Assembly: GCA_964016885.1 (NCBI GenBank)
Contig: OZ024740.1
Span: forward strand, 222,208,001 to 222,272,000
Length of the DNA: 64,000 nt
Direction of reading: 5' to 3'
Source of the DNA: Eledone cirrhosa
Lineage: Eukaryota
How positions within the stretch are numbered: position 1 is the first letter of the stretch; each line of letters begins with the position of its first letter. The notes beneath the pieces are model-generated. The model worked only from the letters and a program-made list of their open reading frames with translations, did no database searches and was not told where the DNA came from. Positions 13,945 to 29,987 of the stretch are shown piece after piece. Made by a program: the position numbers and the translations under genes.

Positions 13945-14660
13945 GGTAGTCTAGACTGCGCTAATGTGTATAAAAGTATATACATTTTAGACATGAAGCT
14001 GTGTCTTCATCCGAAGATGCGTATGCCATCTAAACAATCACAAGGAGATACGTATTTAATGGGATTATATATCTAATCACTCATTGTGTTATTCTGAACT
14101 GGACATATTATTTGGCAAATAATTAGCTTACATGTTGGCAGCCAAAGTGTTCAGTACATATATATTTGTTTATATTGAAAGTGGATAAGCGAGACTGCGC
14201 CATTGTGAATATAACTATACATATTTGTAGTATATAAACATGTAAACATGCCAGAAATACGAATTTCCCTGTAAACTGAAAAAATACAAAATCCTGTAAT
14301 TGATTTTTGGACCTTGTTGATTCTTCATCATGTGTGGTTGTTTATATACAAATGAAATCCCAGATAGATCTGAACATATTGCTTGTCCAATACTGGAGTA
14401 TATTCTACCTCAATCTAACATTCTGTTTCTCTCTCTCTGTTTCTCGCTCTCTCTCCCTCTCCCAGTCTTTCTCTCACAATCTATTTCAACGACAACAGTT
14501 ATGCTGATATATCCGACAGGTCATATGACCCCAGGCAAACTTCTTCATTGTTGTTTTGTAGCCTTAGATCTGCCTTGATACCAAAATGAGATAGCTATAG
14601 AAAAGCGGACTAAACATGCTTATTAGAGCTTATAATTATTTCTTCGTATACATAATGCTC

Positions 14661-14837
<177 letters not shown>

Positions 14838-15373
14838 ACATCCATCCATGCATGCTTACATATATATAAAAGAATCTCTCTGCGTGTTTGAGCACACTGT
14901 TTTCATAGTTATACAGTCACATTATATTTCATGATGTTCTGGGTATTAAGTATTAAGATGAATTGTTTACATATTGACAGTGATTTTCGTCCCTAAAATA
15001 TGTCTGCTTTATAATCGGATTACCTCACATCACACTGAATGCTTTAGAAGTTTTCATCGGAACAAAACATACAAACATTAAAAGTTATCAGTGACATGAA
15101 AGGAAAAACGGTAAGTATGTTACAATAAGGTATTGCCTTAATATTCTCAAAGTTGGGATAATTAAACATGATAAATCAAAAAGTTCTCCAAATGAAAGAC
15201 AGCAAATATTTACTTCTAGAATTGGTGCCAGCAACAGATAAGAAAATCACGTATACCTGACATACCTTCATGATTAACATAAACTAAGCTGATTAATTAC
15301 TCTTTTGTGTAAATCAATAATTCTTTATTAAAGAATAGGAATGAATCTCTACGTGTTGTTAAAGAGATTTAGA

Positions 15374-15514
<141 letters not shown>

Positions 15515-15525
15515 TATATATATAA

Positions 15526-15580
<55 letters not shown>

Positions 15581-16304
15581 CATATGTATTTATATTATTT
15601 GTACAATTTTTATTGTTACTATAGAAGTTCTTAATTCTTCTAAAACAGTCTCTAGAATTATTTAACTTTCGTAGGATAAATTCGATGGGCTTTTGGTTGG
15701 TTACCATGTAACATACTGATACATGAAAGTAATCGCAACAGGTTCCGGATAGTGTTACTTTCCTCGAAGGCTGCAATGAATGATCGTAAATTTGTTGTAT
15801 CTGAAGAAACATAAGGTTTTTTTCTCTTAAATTCATTTTACTATATTTATTCATGTTTTGGCAATCAAAGAAATATTTTGAACATTATAATTTTCGGCAA
15901 ACATTCAATTTAGAACTAGTCGATGTTGAGACCTCTAGTTTAATCAGAATCTGAATTGCCATTCCTATCCACAAAATCGGGTTCAGATAATCGAGTATGA
16001 GGAGAGTAGACGTGAGAGATGTAGCTAATATCACTATCTGTTCTTTGAAGCAGTACTTTTGTAACCATGTCTGACTAGCATGACTAAGATATGTTGTTCA
16101 GCTGAAAGTATAAAGGCAGCATCTTTTATTTTGTTTTCGTTATTGATTTGGTGTGTATAAAAAATTGAATTCGAATTTTCTACCTACACATAAGCTGGGT
16201 ATTCACTAAAATATGACAAATTTCAGGAGAATGAGTTCACCATTAGATGCAGTAGAGCGTTTGGAATATACGAATATAATTTAATTGATAATTATTTTGG
16301 ATGA

Positions 16305-16522
16305 AGGTGTTGGATTGGCAGACTTGGTTTAACCCCGTCAAAATGCCATTGTGGTATTTGTTCTAGCTCTTCACATCTTGAGTTCAAATATTGCTATGGT
16401 GAACTTTACCGTTTATCTTTCCGGGTTTGATAAAATATATTACCAGTCAAGCACTGGGATTGATTTATTCGGCTTTGTCATTCCCCCAAAAATTGCTGGC
16501 CTTGTGCCTAAATAAGAAATCA
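16305..16522 (+). mobile_element. Diverged SINE copy
   Basis: GAGTTCAAAT..GGTGAACTTTACCGTTTATCTTTCCGGGTTTGATAAAA..TACCAG..GCTGGCCTTGTGCCTAAA. Confidence 0.7.
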
Positions 16523-17971
16523 ATGAATTAATCTAGATCAAAGATTACAGAAAAATCGTTGTAATGGTATGCATCATTACATTGTACATCAAATATTGAT
16601 TTTGAATTGAATTTTGATAAAAACTCATTCTCGTATTATAGAATGAACATTAGTGCTAAAAACGGTAAAATTAAAGAATTATTACGCTATATCTCAATAT
16701 TTGACAGCGGATATTCTAACACTGTGGCATGAAATGAATATTCAAAATAATTTGTATAAAATAGCAATATTTTCAGTTAATGTAAAACGTCATAGTTGCT
16801 GGAATTGTTAGTTATGAAAAAGACTGTTCCAATTGTTCAAACAAGGCATCACCCAGTTCGTGAAATTAACGTGCAAATAACTGAGCATTTCACAGATACA
16901 TGAATCCTTAACGTAGATCTCAGGGGGATTTGACGTGGCATAGTGTGTGCTAAGTCTGGAACTTGAACTTACAAGTATAATTCATTTTATCCGTTGCATA
17001 TAACAGCTTGAAATGAAGTGTCTTGTGCCAGGGTACAACACGCCACCGGGTATCAAAATCACGATTGTGAGCTGAAAGCTTTAACGATGAATCAGATGCC
17101 TTCACCATTGTTAGCATATGCTTTCCTTCCAAGGACTTTCCTTCCAACCTTTCTCTCTCTCTCTCTCTCTCCCTCTCTCTCTCTATCTCTCTCTCCCTCT
17201 CTCTCTTTCGCTACACACTCACACACACATATATATATATACACATACATCTATACACATATACGCGCACACACATACATATATATATACATATACATTT
17301 AAAAACACAAATATAGATCACCTAGTTTTAACGATTAATACATTATTTATTTACATATGTTTCATTTTCTAAAGAAAGTTATTTTCAATATGGTCGTAGG
17401 GAAATCACCGGCATAAATTGTATATAACATATAGAAGTTATTTATTTACCGACTATGTGTGTGCGCCATCCTGATTAAAGCGTCAAAAATATAAGCAAGG
17501 TTTCTAGTTAAGGATATGGAAGGTTGAAAATGAAGGATTTAAAGGTATTGTACTATTGTAGTGAGTCTGACACGTATTTTCACCACATCCGAGCGTCAAA
17601 GATCTGAATGCCTGCTGTTGTATTGTCAACTCATATAATTTACCTTGTATATATAAATATATATATATATACAAGTTAATATAAATTAATATATGATAAA
17701 CACCTAAGTGTTTGTATTGCACGGCTCAGAAATGCTTCTTTCTTTGAGCTAATTAATTGTAAATGACTCTTTGAGTGTATACTCTAAATATAATATATAT
17801 ATATATATATAAAAGAGAAATAGGATTTCGCTTCAAGCATAGCTTTATACAATATGTGTAAATATTTCGTATCTCCAAAGAAATACGGTTTTAGGAAGCC
17901 GTAGCTATGCAGACACTGGGGGGGGGGGGGCTAAAGCCCTCTGGTGATGTCCAGCAGAAGCAAGGGGGACA

Positions 17972-18015
17972 ACCGTCTATGCATTTCAGGCTTAACTGGC
18001 CTTCGTCAGGACGGT
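17972..18015 (-). ncRNA. Minimal type I hammerhead ribozyme (family C)
   Basis: accgtc-CTGACGA-aggc cagttaa gcct-GAAA-tgca-TA-gacggt. Stem I is a perfect 6 bp, stem II is 4 bp, and stem III is the palindrome ATGCAT. Confidence 0.92.
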
Positions 18016-18336
18016 CCCTCCCACCGCTTGTGACTGCTTGACTAGAAGACAGGCGAGAATATATACTTGTCTCGTCTGTGTAAATGAGGAGATTAATCTC
18101 ATTTGCATATGAAGCTGCATAAGTTGGCTCAACTTATAATAAAAAAGAAATAGGATTTCGCTTCAAGCATAGCTTTATACAATATGTATAAATATTTCGT
18201 ATCTCTTTTTTATTATAAGTTGAGCCAACTTATGCAGCTTCATATGCAAATGTGATTAATCACCTCATTTACGCAGACGAGAAAAGTATATATTCTCGCC
18301 TGTCTTCTAGTCCAGCAGTCGCAAGCGGTGGGAGGG

Positions 18337-18380
18337 ACCGTACTGACGAAGGCCAGTTAAGCCTGAAATGCATAGACGGT
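18337..18380 (+). ncRNA. Minimal type I hammerhead ribozyme (family C, inverted copy)
   Basis: accgta-CTGACGA-aggc cagttaa gcct-GAAA-tgca-TA-gacggt, with one stem I mismatch. Confidence 0.88.
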
Positions 18381-18495
18381 TGTCCCCCTTGCTTCTGCTG
18401 GACATCACCAGAGGGCGTTAGTCCCCCGTTGTTTGCATAGCTACGGCTTCCTAAAACCGTATTTCTTTGGAGATACGAAATATTTATACACACAT

Positions 18496-18574
<79 letters not shown>

Positions 18575-19117
18575 AAATAGTCAGGAACGCGGCGGCTGAG
18601 CTACGGCCGTTTCGACAGCTACGTTTGGACTAACCCAGTAGTGTTAGGACGGGAGTAATCTAGCTGAACAAGGGGTACAGTCCATATATCGGCATGTAAT
18701 GAAAACATAGCAGTAGTATCATATCAAACAATTCTAAAAATTGTTTTTTTTTTCTGTCACGGGAAGTGGTCAAAGGTTTGTATACATTGTTAAATTCCTT
18801 CATAGCGGAGGGTAGGGGTGGGGTGGCTGACCTAAGGGAAGGGAGTAAGGTGACAATCTGACCTGTGGATTCCGGGCCGGTCATGCATTAAGAGAGAATT
18901 CTTTACAGCTATCTCTAAAGAGGGTAAGAACCTATGATAAACAAGGAATATTGTAGAGTTAAAAATGGGAATGCCAGGTCTAACGTTGGCTAAAGAGCAA
19001 AACAAATATAATTTAATACAACATTCCTAATTAATACAGTATAGTTATTAGTTACTCTAATGCACTAGAACAGCATCTCAAAGTAGTAATATATGAATAT
19101 TATCATCCGTAATGATG

Positions 19118-19148
<31 letters not shown>

Positions 19149-19880
19149 GGCTATGTGTTCGGCCGGTGCTATGTATATTTAACAAGACTGAAAATACTTG
19201 GGTTAATCTAGGTTAATATAATAGTATAGATAAGGAAGGATCCGCCTAAGTGTAATTAGAGTGTGTAACTAATGAAGAAAAATGAAAAAAGGAAAATAAG
19301 AGAAGAAAAAAATAAAAATTTCTACTTCTACCTAAGTATGGTTGGATTTTCCTCTATCTTAGTTTGTAAATAGGAAAAAAGATACAGCCGAGGTCTAACC
19401 ACCCGGGTCGTGGGGGTGGGGGTTTGAAAGTAAGATATGTCATACGCATTCTGTGTCTACATGAGGTAACAAGTTCAGCCAATCCACACACCGCTATGAA
19501 GGAATTTAACTATGTATACAAAATCTTTGACCACTCCCGGTGACGGAAAATAAAAACAACAATTTTTAGAATTGTTTGATATGATATTACTGTTATCTTT
19601 TCATTACATGCCCATATATGGACTGTACCCCTTGATAAGTTCAGCTAGATTACTACCGTCCTAACACTACTGGGTTAGTTCAGATCTAGCTGTCGAAACG
19701 GCCGGGGCTCAACCGTCGGGGTTCTGACTCCTTTCCTATTACGCACTCTACTACCCTAAGTATTTTTATTATGCTTTTATATTTAATTTCATTTGTACCG
19801 TTTCCTCTCACCCCCTTTTTTCTATATGTCTCTCCACCACTTCCCTACACACCCTTGGAACTCTCTTCCCAAACACTTTT

Positions 19881-19911
19881 CACCTGAAGAAGGGCTTATG
19901 CCCGAAACGTC
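19881..19911 (+). ncRNA. Minimal PLE-type hammerhead ribozyme (family D)
   Basis: CTGAAGA-a-gggc ttat gccc-GAAAC-GTC with a palindromic ACGT stem III. AATAAA and a TA tract follow. Stem I is weak. Confidence 0.8.
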
Positions 19912-20471
19912 GTTCCCCACCACCACCCCTCTCTCAAGAGCGTGAAACTAATAAACCTTTGTTCGTACTGCCTCTCTGTTTTGTTCCCGTTCAATTTTTT
20001 ACTATATATATATATCATGGATCAACTAAGCACTCTTGCTATATTAACACATTTTGATCTGCTTATCTTCAAGAACTATGCCTGTAAGTAACATTATTTT
20101 TTCTTTTACATTGCCTTATTATGTTTCACATTACGCCCGTTCTTTTTCTTTTTTCTTTTCACTCCATAAACCTTGTTTGTAAATAACATTATTCTTTCTG
20201 CACCATTTCCTTATCATGTTCAACACCACCATTTTACACCAATACATATTATTATCATTTGATAATGCATAAAAATGCTGAAACCGGTAATAGACAATTA
20301 TTAAATATATAAATAAATAAATAAATGCCATTGTTAATTAATAAATAAATCAACTAATACCTTAACACCTCACACAAAGTAAAATATTTCGTTTTAATCA
20401 TTTTCTAACCCAGAAAAATGAGAGAAAAAATAAATATATTTTTCTTCCTAACAATCGTCTTTTTCTCCTGT

Positions 20472-20533
<62 letters not shown>

Positions 20534-20790
20534 TTATTCGTAGGATAATGGGAAAATCTCAACGCAAGGAAGCTGTTAAAACAGCAAAAAATCATGAATG
20601 ACGGTGTCAGGTAAAATTTACCTCAAAGGATAGAAATCAGCGTTGGTTCGCATTGCGAGCATTTTGCTGTTTTAACAGCTGCCGTGCGTTGATTTTTTTC
20701 CATTATCCTACGAATTATAATACACTCGCATTTCAAACTCGATATTCGAGATAACTTTGCGTATGTATATATATATATACATACGCAAAG

Positions 20791-20829
<39 letters not shown>

Positions 20830-20833
<4 letters not shown>

Positions 20834-21640
20834 AATGGCAATTTCTGTCTGTTTGAAGGTTTGTTTGTGAACATAAAACTTAAAAGCTACCAAACCGATC
20901 TTCATTAAACTTGAGACGTGTATGGTGCTCATGCTCATTTGATTTTTTACGTATATTTCTTTCAATCAAAGGGTCCCCGGGGCCTCAAACCCCCGTTGAA
21001 AGCACCCACTGAAATATTTTTCCTTTCGATTTATATGAAATTTAAACCATAGGTAAATGAAAAGATATGATGCCTATTCACAACATTTCAGCAAATTTCA
21101 ATAATATTGAGACACCCCCATGGGGTTAAACCCGTATAGTGAAAATTTTGGCCAATAAATGGAAGAAGATTTCACGAACTCCTCGTATGGTTTTGGAGAT
21201 AGACCCCCATAACCATGTATATTCTGAAACTACATTGCCCAGGTTACTTGGATAAGTATATTTCATTTTAATTAAAGGGTTCCCCGGGGGCACACAACTC
21301 CTGCTGAAAACCCCCTTTGAAAATGTTATCCCTTCGATTTATATGAAATTTAAACCATAGGTAAATGATAAGATATGATGCCTATTCACAAAAGTTCAGA
21401 ATTGATATTTTGAAAAAAATTATTTACAAGAAACAAAATAAGAATCAGATTTAATAATGTAATTTTGATTTGATATATTACAAAAAATAATGTTTTCCAA
21501 TTTTTCATGCATTACATTTTACAATGAGTAATATTGAAATACAGAGATTTTCTCCATAAATTATATCACTGTTTTAAAATGAATCCTCATTTTCTTACAA
21601 AAAAATTGTTTGAAACGCAGCAAGGCGCGGGTAATTCGAC
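20830..21640 (+). mobile_element. Non-autonomous Helitron/Helentron-like element with an internal duplication
   Basis: 5' CTGTCTGTTTG..TTTGTTTG microsatellite and ACCGATCTTCATTAAACTT motif. An internal ~120-bp repeat lies at ~20965-21090 and ~21275-21400. GC-rich 3' remnant GCAAGGCGCGGG. Confidence 0.5.
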
Positions 21641-21987
21641 ATGAAATTATACATATGTGTTATATACGTGACAATAATTTATAGGCCATCAATGTTGCTT
21701 TATCATTGCTGTACTTTAATAGTCAATATATGAGTGCATGAAACGAATATAGGTGTTCAGTTTTAATCTCATTAAATAGATAATGAAAAAAGAAAATGTA
21801 CTTCAGCATGGTGGACTGACATTTTAAATGATACATACGTTTCTGAAATACTCGTGTGTGTGTGTGTATATTATTAATAGACGCGAGGATATGTACTCAA
21901 TGCCGAAGTAGACTTTACATGTTCAGTTAATTGCTATTTGGGTCGCCTTGTTACACTGGAGTTTCCTTTGCGCACACACACAGGATG

Positions 21988-22094
<107 letters not shown>

Positions 22095-22319
22095 GAATTC
22101 TCGATCTCTTTACGTTCTTTGAATTGCTATCAGATTTCTCTTTGGCAATGTATCTATCTATCTATATATATAAATATATGTAGTTATATAGTAAGGTGTA
22201 TTATTGGTTGTGTCATACGGTCCAATAAACTTTTGTTAGCAATATTAAGTTCTCTACGCTTTTGTATATCTCCAATTCCATTTACGGGAACATATAGATG
22301 ATGTAAAACGGAGTATTTG

Positions 22320-23600
22320 TATCAAAATAAAGATCCGAAGGCATGGTATAAATTTCCAATCATATTAATCACGACACATGTTTCAATAAGTGATAGATCG
22401 ATCGTGTGGCCATTATCGATTATCACTGATCTCACTAGGGGAATAATGAAATGTCTCCAAATCTTTGATGTGAGGGAGGAAAAATTAACGATGTTCACTC
22501 ACTAGAGTTTTGTTGCCCATATGAATAATCAGCAGCCAAAACACGCCAACTGCTATCGTCTCCAGTCATGGTCATAAATTTATCAAGTCTCTACCTCTCA
22601 ATAGCTGTAAAAGACGCTGGACAGATCTAATCTCAGCATCAGATCTGTAGAATTTTGGTCGGTCACAATTAGTGTTCGTGAGTACACACACACTCACAAC
22701 ACCGACGCAAGGTCAGAGAAGAATATATATATACACCAACACAGTATGCACCGAAAGTTAGGTTACAAAGCAACAAACGTTATATTGATCAAATCTCAAT
22801 GTTCACGATGTAAATTAGAAAAAAATTAGGTCGACCACAACCCTATACACACGCAAGTAAATTCCGTTCAACGTTCCGCTATACGTGTATCGATTGAATT
22901 GTGACATCCGTATCGTCTAAATAGTGTATGTTTTGGTATATACACATCCATGTGAAGAGCAAGTAGTCAGTTCGTATCGAACTCTATACTACATGCCGTT
23001 GTCCTTTTGAGAGTCTGAGTCCCCGAGTCTGTGCGTGCAAGCGGACCGTTGAACGGAATTTACTTGCGTGTGTATAGGGTTGTGGTTGACCCAATTTGTT
23101 TCTAATTTACATCGTGAAAATTGAGATTTGACCAATATAACGTTTGTTGCTTTGTAACCTAACTTTCGGTGCATACTGTGTTGGTGTATATATATTTTTT
23201 TTCTCTGACCTTGCATCGGTGTATGTGAGTGTGGTGTACTCACTAACACTAATTGTGACCGACCAAAATTCCTCAGATGAGATGCTGAGATTAAACGTGT
23301 CCAGCGTCTTTTACAGCTATTGAGAGAGAGAGACTTGATAGATTTATGACCCTGACTGAAGACGCTAGCAGTTGGCGTGTTTTGACTGCTGATTATTCAT
23401 ATGGGGAACAAAACTCTAGTGAGTGAACATCGTTAGTTTTTCCTCCCTCATATCAAAGATTTGGAGAAATTTCATTATTCACCTGAGAGATCAGTGATAA
23501 TCGATCATGACCACACGATCGATCTATCCCTTATTGAAACATGTGTCGTGATTAAAATGATTGGAAATGTATACCATGCCTTCGGATCTATATTTTGATA
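22320..23600. repeat. Large inverted repeat (~560-bp arms, ~160-bp spacer) with an HHR-like motif at 23477-23553 (+)
   Basis: 22320-22878 is the reverse complement of ~23041-23600. The motif is tcac-CTGAGAGA-...-GAAA-catgtg-TC-gtga, with one extra nt in the core. The terminus also occurs at ~63009-63058. Confidence 0.85.
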
Positions 23601-23890
23601 TAAATATATGTATATAGATGGCTGGTAAGAATCGATCTTATAACAACTTTTCTCTCAGATCTTCTAATACCATTGCACCTGTATAATCGTACAAACACAA
23701 ATATGTCATTACATTGTCTAGGCAATATATTATTCTTGAATTTTTATGTGACTGCTGCTAAAGAAATTCTTAAATTTTTATTAGTTGAGCTGGCTTTAGG
23801 TTCTAATAGTGACTACCTGTAGCACTTTGATTAACCTATACTTTTGTCAGACGATATGATTAATTACTTTACGTATTAATCAATATCTTA

Positions 23891-23998
<108 letters not shown>

Positions 23999-24059
23999 GT
24001 ATACATATATACTATATATGCATTTATATATATAGACTCAATTTATATATATATTTTAT

Positions 24060-25035
<976 letters not shown>

Positions 25036-25729
25036 GTATAGATGCCTATGTATATCAGGAAACGTTTCCGCAGTCAGTCCTACATAGTAATTACTTTCAT
25101 ACATACATAATTACATATTAGAAAGTTGGACCTATACACTAACAATGCATATATGATTTCAATTGCGTAATTCAATCAGTGTTGAATTGGTCAAGTGTGT
25201 TCAATAGATGACACTTATTTTATATTTCATATAACTTAATATCACACATCAAGACGTGATTGCTTGCTTACTTCTCTGTTGATTTAGAAGAGCTCCTCTT
25301 AAGAAGAAGTCGATTAACAGCAATAGGAAACATTTCGTGTGAAGTTCGTACTAAATTCTAAAACTTTTATGTCTTCAGTTTCTATCAAAGAGTTTGCTTT
25401 TCTGTGTCATATTCGATCTAATATTCTAACAACTGTGAGTTGTATATCTTGTTGATGTCAATAATAACCATGTAAACGAAGAATATTATTCGTAATGTTT
25501 TATTATTTGCATTTGAACTAGTAGTAGCTAAAGTAGCATTACGCTGCCCGGCGACTGTTTGAGCTCACCGTTTTATGTTTTATTACCAACAAGAGTTCAA
25601 AGAGAACCCAGCATTAGCAACTGATAAATGTGACTGAGAACGCCACAACAATGAAAGGTAAGCATAAAGTTATGGAACAAAAATAAATGTTTGCACTTTT
25701 ACTTCATGTAGTCTAATATTTAGTCTCTT

Positions 25730-25937
25730 TGGCAGTAACGGTGGAGCGTCGGGCAACATGCTTTATGGCATAGGGTTACAGATCTTTACGATCTAAGTTC
25801 AAATCCTGCCGAGGTTAGCTTTGCCTTTCATCCTTATAGGGTCGATAAAATAAAGTACCAATAATACAAGGGGGTCGATTTACTCGACTTTTCCCCTCCC
25901 CCAAAATTGTTGGCCTTGTGCCTAAATCAGAAATCAA
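25730..25937 (+). mobile_element. SINE copy
   Basis: GTTCAAATCCTGCCGAGGTTAGCTTTGCCTTTCATCCTTATAGGGTCGATAAAATAAAGTACC..GGCCTTGTGCCTAAA. Confidence 0.85.
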
Positions 25938-27918
25938 CCTTATCAAAATGGAGCGCCGTGCTGATCGCTTGGAAAGTTAAGTATAGTGACAATGAACAGT
26001 TTAATGTTGTAGGCAGGCTGTACTAATTAACAACAAATGTATGCTATAATTTATCTAACTCGCTAAGACATTCCTTCTCTTCGTAAGTAATATGATAATC
26101 GCCCGGAAAATATAATGAATAGAAACCTTTGAAATTTATGTTCGTTTGGGAATTTTAAACTCTTCAAATATAAACAGAAATAAATAAATAATGCAAAAGG
26201 AACTTTGTGTCATAGAGTAAGAGTAGGATTTAAACATATGTAAATAGTATTAGATTAATGATATTTTGTTTTTACAAACATCTGTTTCAATCGCAGTACA
26301 ATTTTGTAAAACACTAGAAATTACACGGCATGATTGTTTTAGTTGCATTACTTTACAGCATATCGAAAAGTGACGTAACAATCTCATCAAAATCCAGTTT
26401 ATAGAAGAGCCTGTAAAAAGATATACAGTAAGGTGTTTCTTTATGCCCTTAAACTAGGTGTATGTGCTGAATGTTTGCCTCTGTTAAATATTCCTGAAAA
26501 CAAGATTATGGTTTTAAATTGGGCTGAGTGTTACATCAACAAAATATCTTGTGTTTCATCATCTTTTTATCATGACACTATCAATAAAGATGCTACTGTA
26601 TATGATTGTGATCTAGTCAGACCACTTTCATTTTTGATTGACCTAACTCACAAACAAGTTTCTTTCTCTGTAACAAAATAAAATATATCTCAGCTGAGAA
26701 GGTATTCGGCTAAACGGTTAATGTGTTATACCCAAAACAATAATGTCAGAGGTTCGATTTCTGAACCAGGTGGTACATTGTGTCATTGAATAAGACATTG
26801 CATGTGGATCTATTTCATTCATTTAAAGATGAACCCTGATACGTTCATTGCAAGTCATACACTCTTAATCGCTTAAGGTCAATGGAACCGGGATAATGTC
26901 CAACCTGATAGGCTTCTCCGTGTGAAAAGACGAAATTTAACTATTGAGAAGATCATGGAAATTAAAAGTATGAATGAAAGTGGTTTGAGCTAACAAATGT
27001 AATATAGTGAGTTGTAAAACATTGATTAATGATAACGTTCATGCATTTAGAACGGAAAACACTATCTAAGAGTGTTTAATATCTAAAGCATCATAGAGGG
27101 AAGACAACTTTAATAGAGTAAGCTGCTTGATTCGGACTAAAATGATGACGATACGAAAGGGAATGATTGTTGTGTTTAAATGGTGGGGGTAATGGACATG
27201 TTTCGAATTTTAGGCCTTCTCAGACATTCTACTCAGTTGGCAATACTAAAACGTATACATACAGATAGAAGCAATGTAGAGACGCTTGTCTGAATATGAA
27301 AAATATGATTTGCATAAGGGTGTAACACCAATAGGTTGATTAGCTGACTAAATTGAAATGATATCCCTTGCTTGACGTTTTAAATTTCTAAAGCCCTAAG
27401 GGGGAATTTTGTTCACTGATTTTATGGACAATTTCAGATTTAAATGTACATCTTTATTTTTTTACTTCACTCTATTACATATGCTAGACCTCGAAGTGTA
27501 GCTCTTTAGTATGCAACACACTCCCTTGGCATATCTTCCGTCAGCCTGTATGTGGATATCTTAGCTAAGATAATATTATACAAAACCAAAAAACAAAAGG
27601 GACATTATATATAATAATAACTGAAACGTGATTGAAGCTGTAGAGTTGGTTTCGAAAAGTTTTGTTCAATTGTGATGGATGCAAAGAAAAAAAACACTCC
27701 ACCAACAAATTTAAAAGCACTACTGTAGCCATTTGGTAACAAAAGGAGAAACAAAATAAAACGAAACAAAACGAAATGACAACGATACGTGTTCGTCTGT
27801 AATATTTGTGCGTGTAGTTATCTAGCTTATAACTCTCTAGCATCCCGTGTCCTTCATAGTTTTCTTCATTACTTTTTGAATATTTCACTTTATTAGCTGA
27901 CAGCCACATCTGCTTATA

Positions 27919-28001
<83 letters not shown>

Positions 28002-28687
28002 TATATGTAAATGTAAATATATATGTATATAAACAAAATTCGTATTGTCCATTATTTATTATTTACATAAATAAGATTGCAATTTTGTTCAGCTGTTTAC
28101 GTTTAAATAATGTTTGAAAGTAGGTCATCGTGAGAAAACTGAGGAAACATATTCACGCACCATGATGTTGCAGTTCCATAAACGCAAGCTAACGTTACTG
28201 ATTTTTATAATATAATTGATGAAATTTCTTTGTAATAAAACGGTATACATCGAATAATATACTTCTTCCGATCAGTGAACTCATGAACATTGCAGATAGT
28301 TTATATGGGCAGTAAAAGCTCACTCATGTGAACTGGTTTAAAAATGAATAATAGGCGAGTATATAGTTTTGTAATCTCAGTTAGGTATATTGATCAAGAC
28401 AGTCATAGATCTAAGTGGTTGTCAATTTCGAGATTTTATGATACAAAGCTGACTTTTACTTTTGAAAATCATCAAATCTTGTTCCAGCATATTGTTAGTA
28501 CTTGAGCAAATTCTGTAACACCCGTTATAAATATCGCTACTAAATTGTCTGTTTCTCAAATTGAAGAAAAACGAATGCTTTAAATGTTCTACGTAGATAA
28601 AACAATCTTTTACTAGCGGAATAATGGATATAGTTCAGAGAGACTTTGTAGAACGGAGGAGCAAAATCAAAATATTAATGGCATTAG

Positions 28688-28755
<68 letters not shown>

Positions 28756-28843
28756 GTGCGTGTGTGTTTAAGTATGTGTGGATATAAATTTATGAATTTA
28801 TTTGTTGTTCAGTTAGTTATTTTCATCCACAACGTACATGCAA

Positions 28844-28980
<137 letters not shown>

Positions 28981-29064
28981 AAAGGTAAACAGATATAGCA
29001 ACACAATCGGTACAGTATATGGAAGGGTTATATTAGGTTAACGCTTGATATAGCAGGAAGAACC

Positions 29065-29100
29065 TCTAGACGTTTCGGACGCTAGTCCTTCATCAGAAGA
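29065..29100 (-). ncRNA. Minimal PLE-type hammerhead ribozyme (family E)
   Basis: tctt-CTGATGA-a-ggac tagc gtcc-GAAAC-GTC-taga. Confidence 0.85.
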
Positions 29101-29336
29101 AAGAATGAGAAATAAGATAGATTGAGGCGACGGGCGGGTTGGAATTGGAAAAAATGTATTTAGATAGAAATAACAGGTCCATTCATTTTGATATCTCTTG
29201 CAAAACTGTTGGTGCTGGCGTTTTGTGTATGATTAATTTTTTAGAAAACTGGATGATGGAGCGCGTCTACCTGAAATGAAAAAAAAACTTTTGTAAAAAG
29301 AGCTATGCGTGAGCACGTGTGTAAGCATATGTGTGT

Positions 29337-29425
<89 letters not shown>

Positions 29426-29869
29426 ATACATCCGTACGAACCTCGGAAGAAATGTGTGTATATGTGAGTAAAAGAGTGTGTGTGCATGTAAGTACGAAGC
29501 TATGAGCAAAAGTATGTTAATATAAGGGTGTGTATGTGTGTATACAGATAAGTGAAGGGAAAGTTGGAGTGAGCATATATAGTCGGCATGTATTAGTTGT
29601 TAGAGTGGATGTTAATGATCAAGAGAAAGCGATAGCAATCTAGGGATGTAATAACGGACGGGGTATTAGAGAAATTGGGGAGGTGAGTTGAGTCCAAGAG
29701 GGCAATAGGACCCAAGGTGGGGAATCAGACTTTGTTCAGTCCTGGTGCGCGAGGCCTGTGATCCATGATATATATATATATATGCACAAAGAAAGAAACG
29801 CACGCATGCATATACATATTCAAACCCACTCATACACTACCACCCAAACACGCAGGCACACACACACAC

Positions 29870-29987
<118 letters not shown>

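Noticed and set aside
20536-20716. Short inverted repeat (~55-bp arms) examined for a ribozyme or RNA gene
   Set aside because: The repeat is real, but no catalytic core or tRNA fold could be supported.
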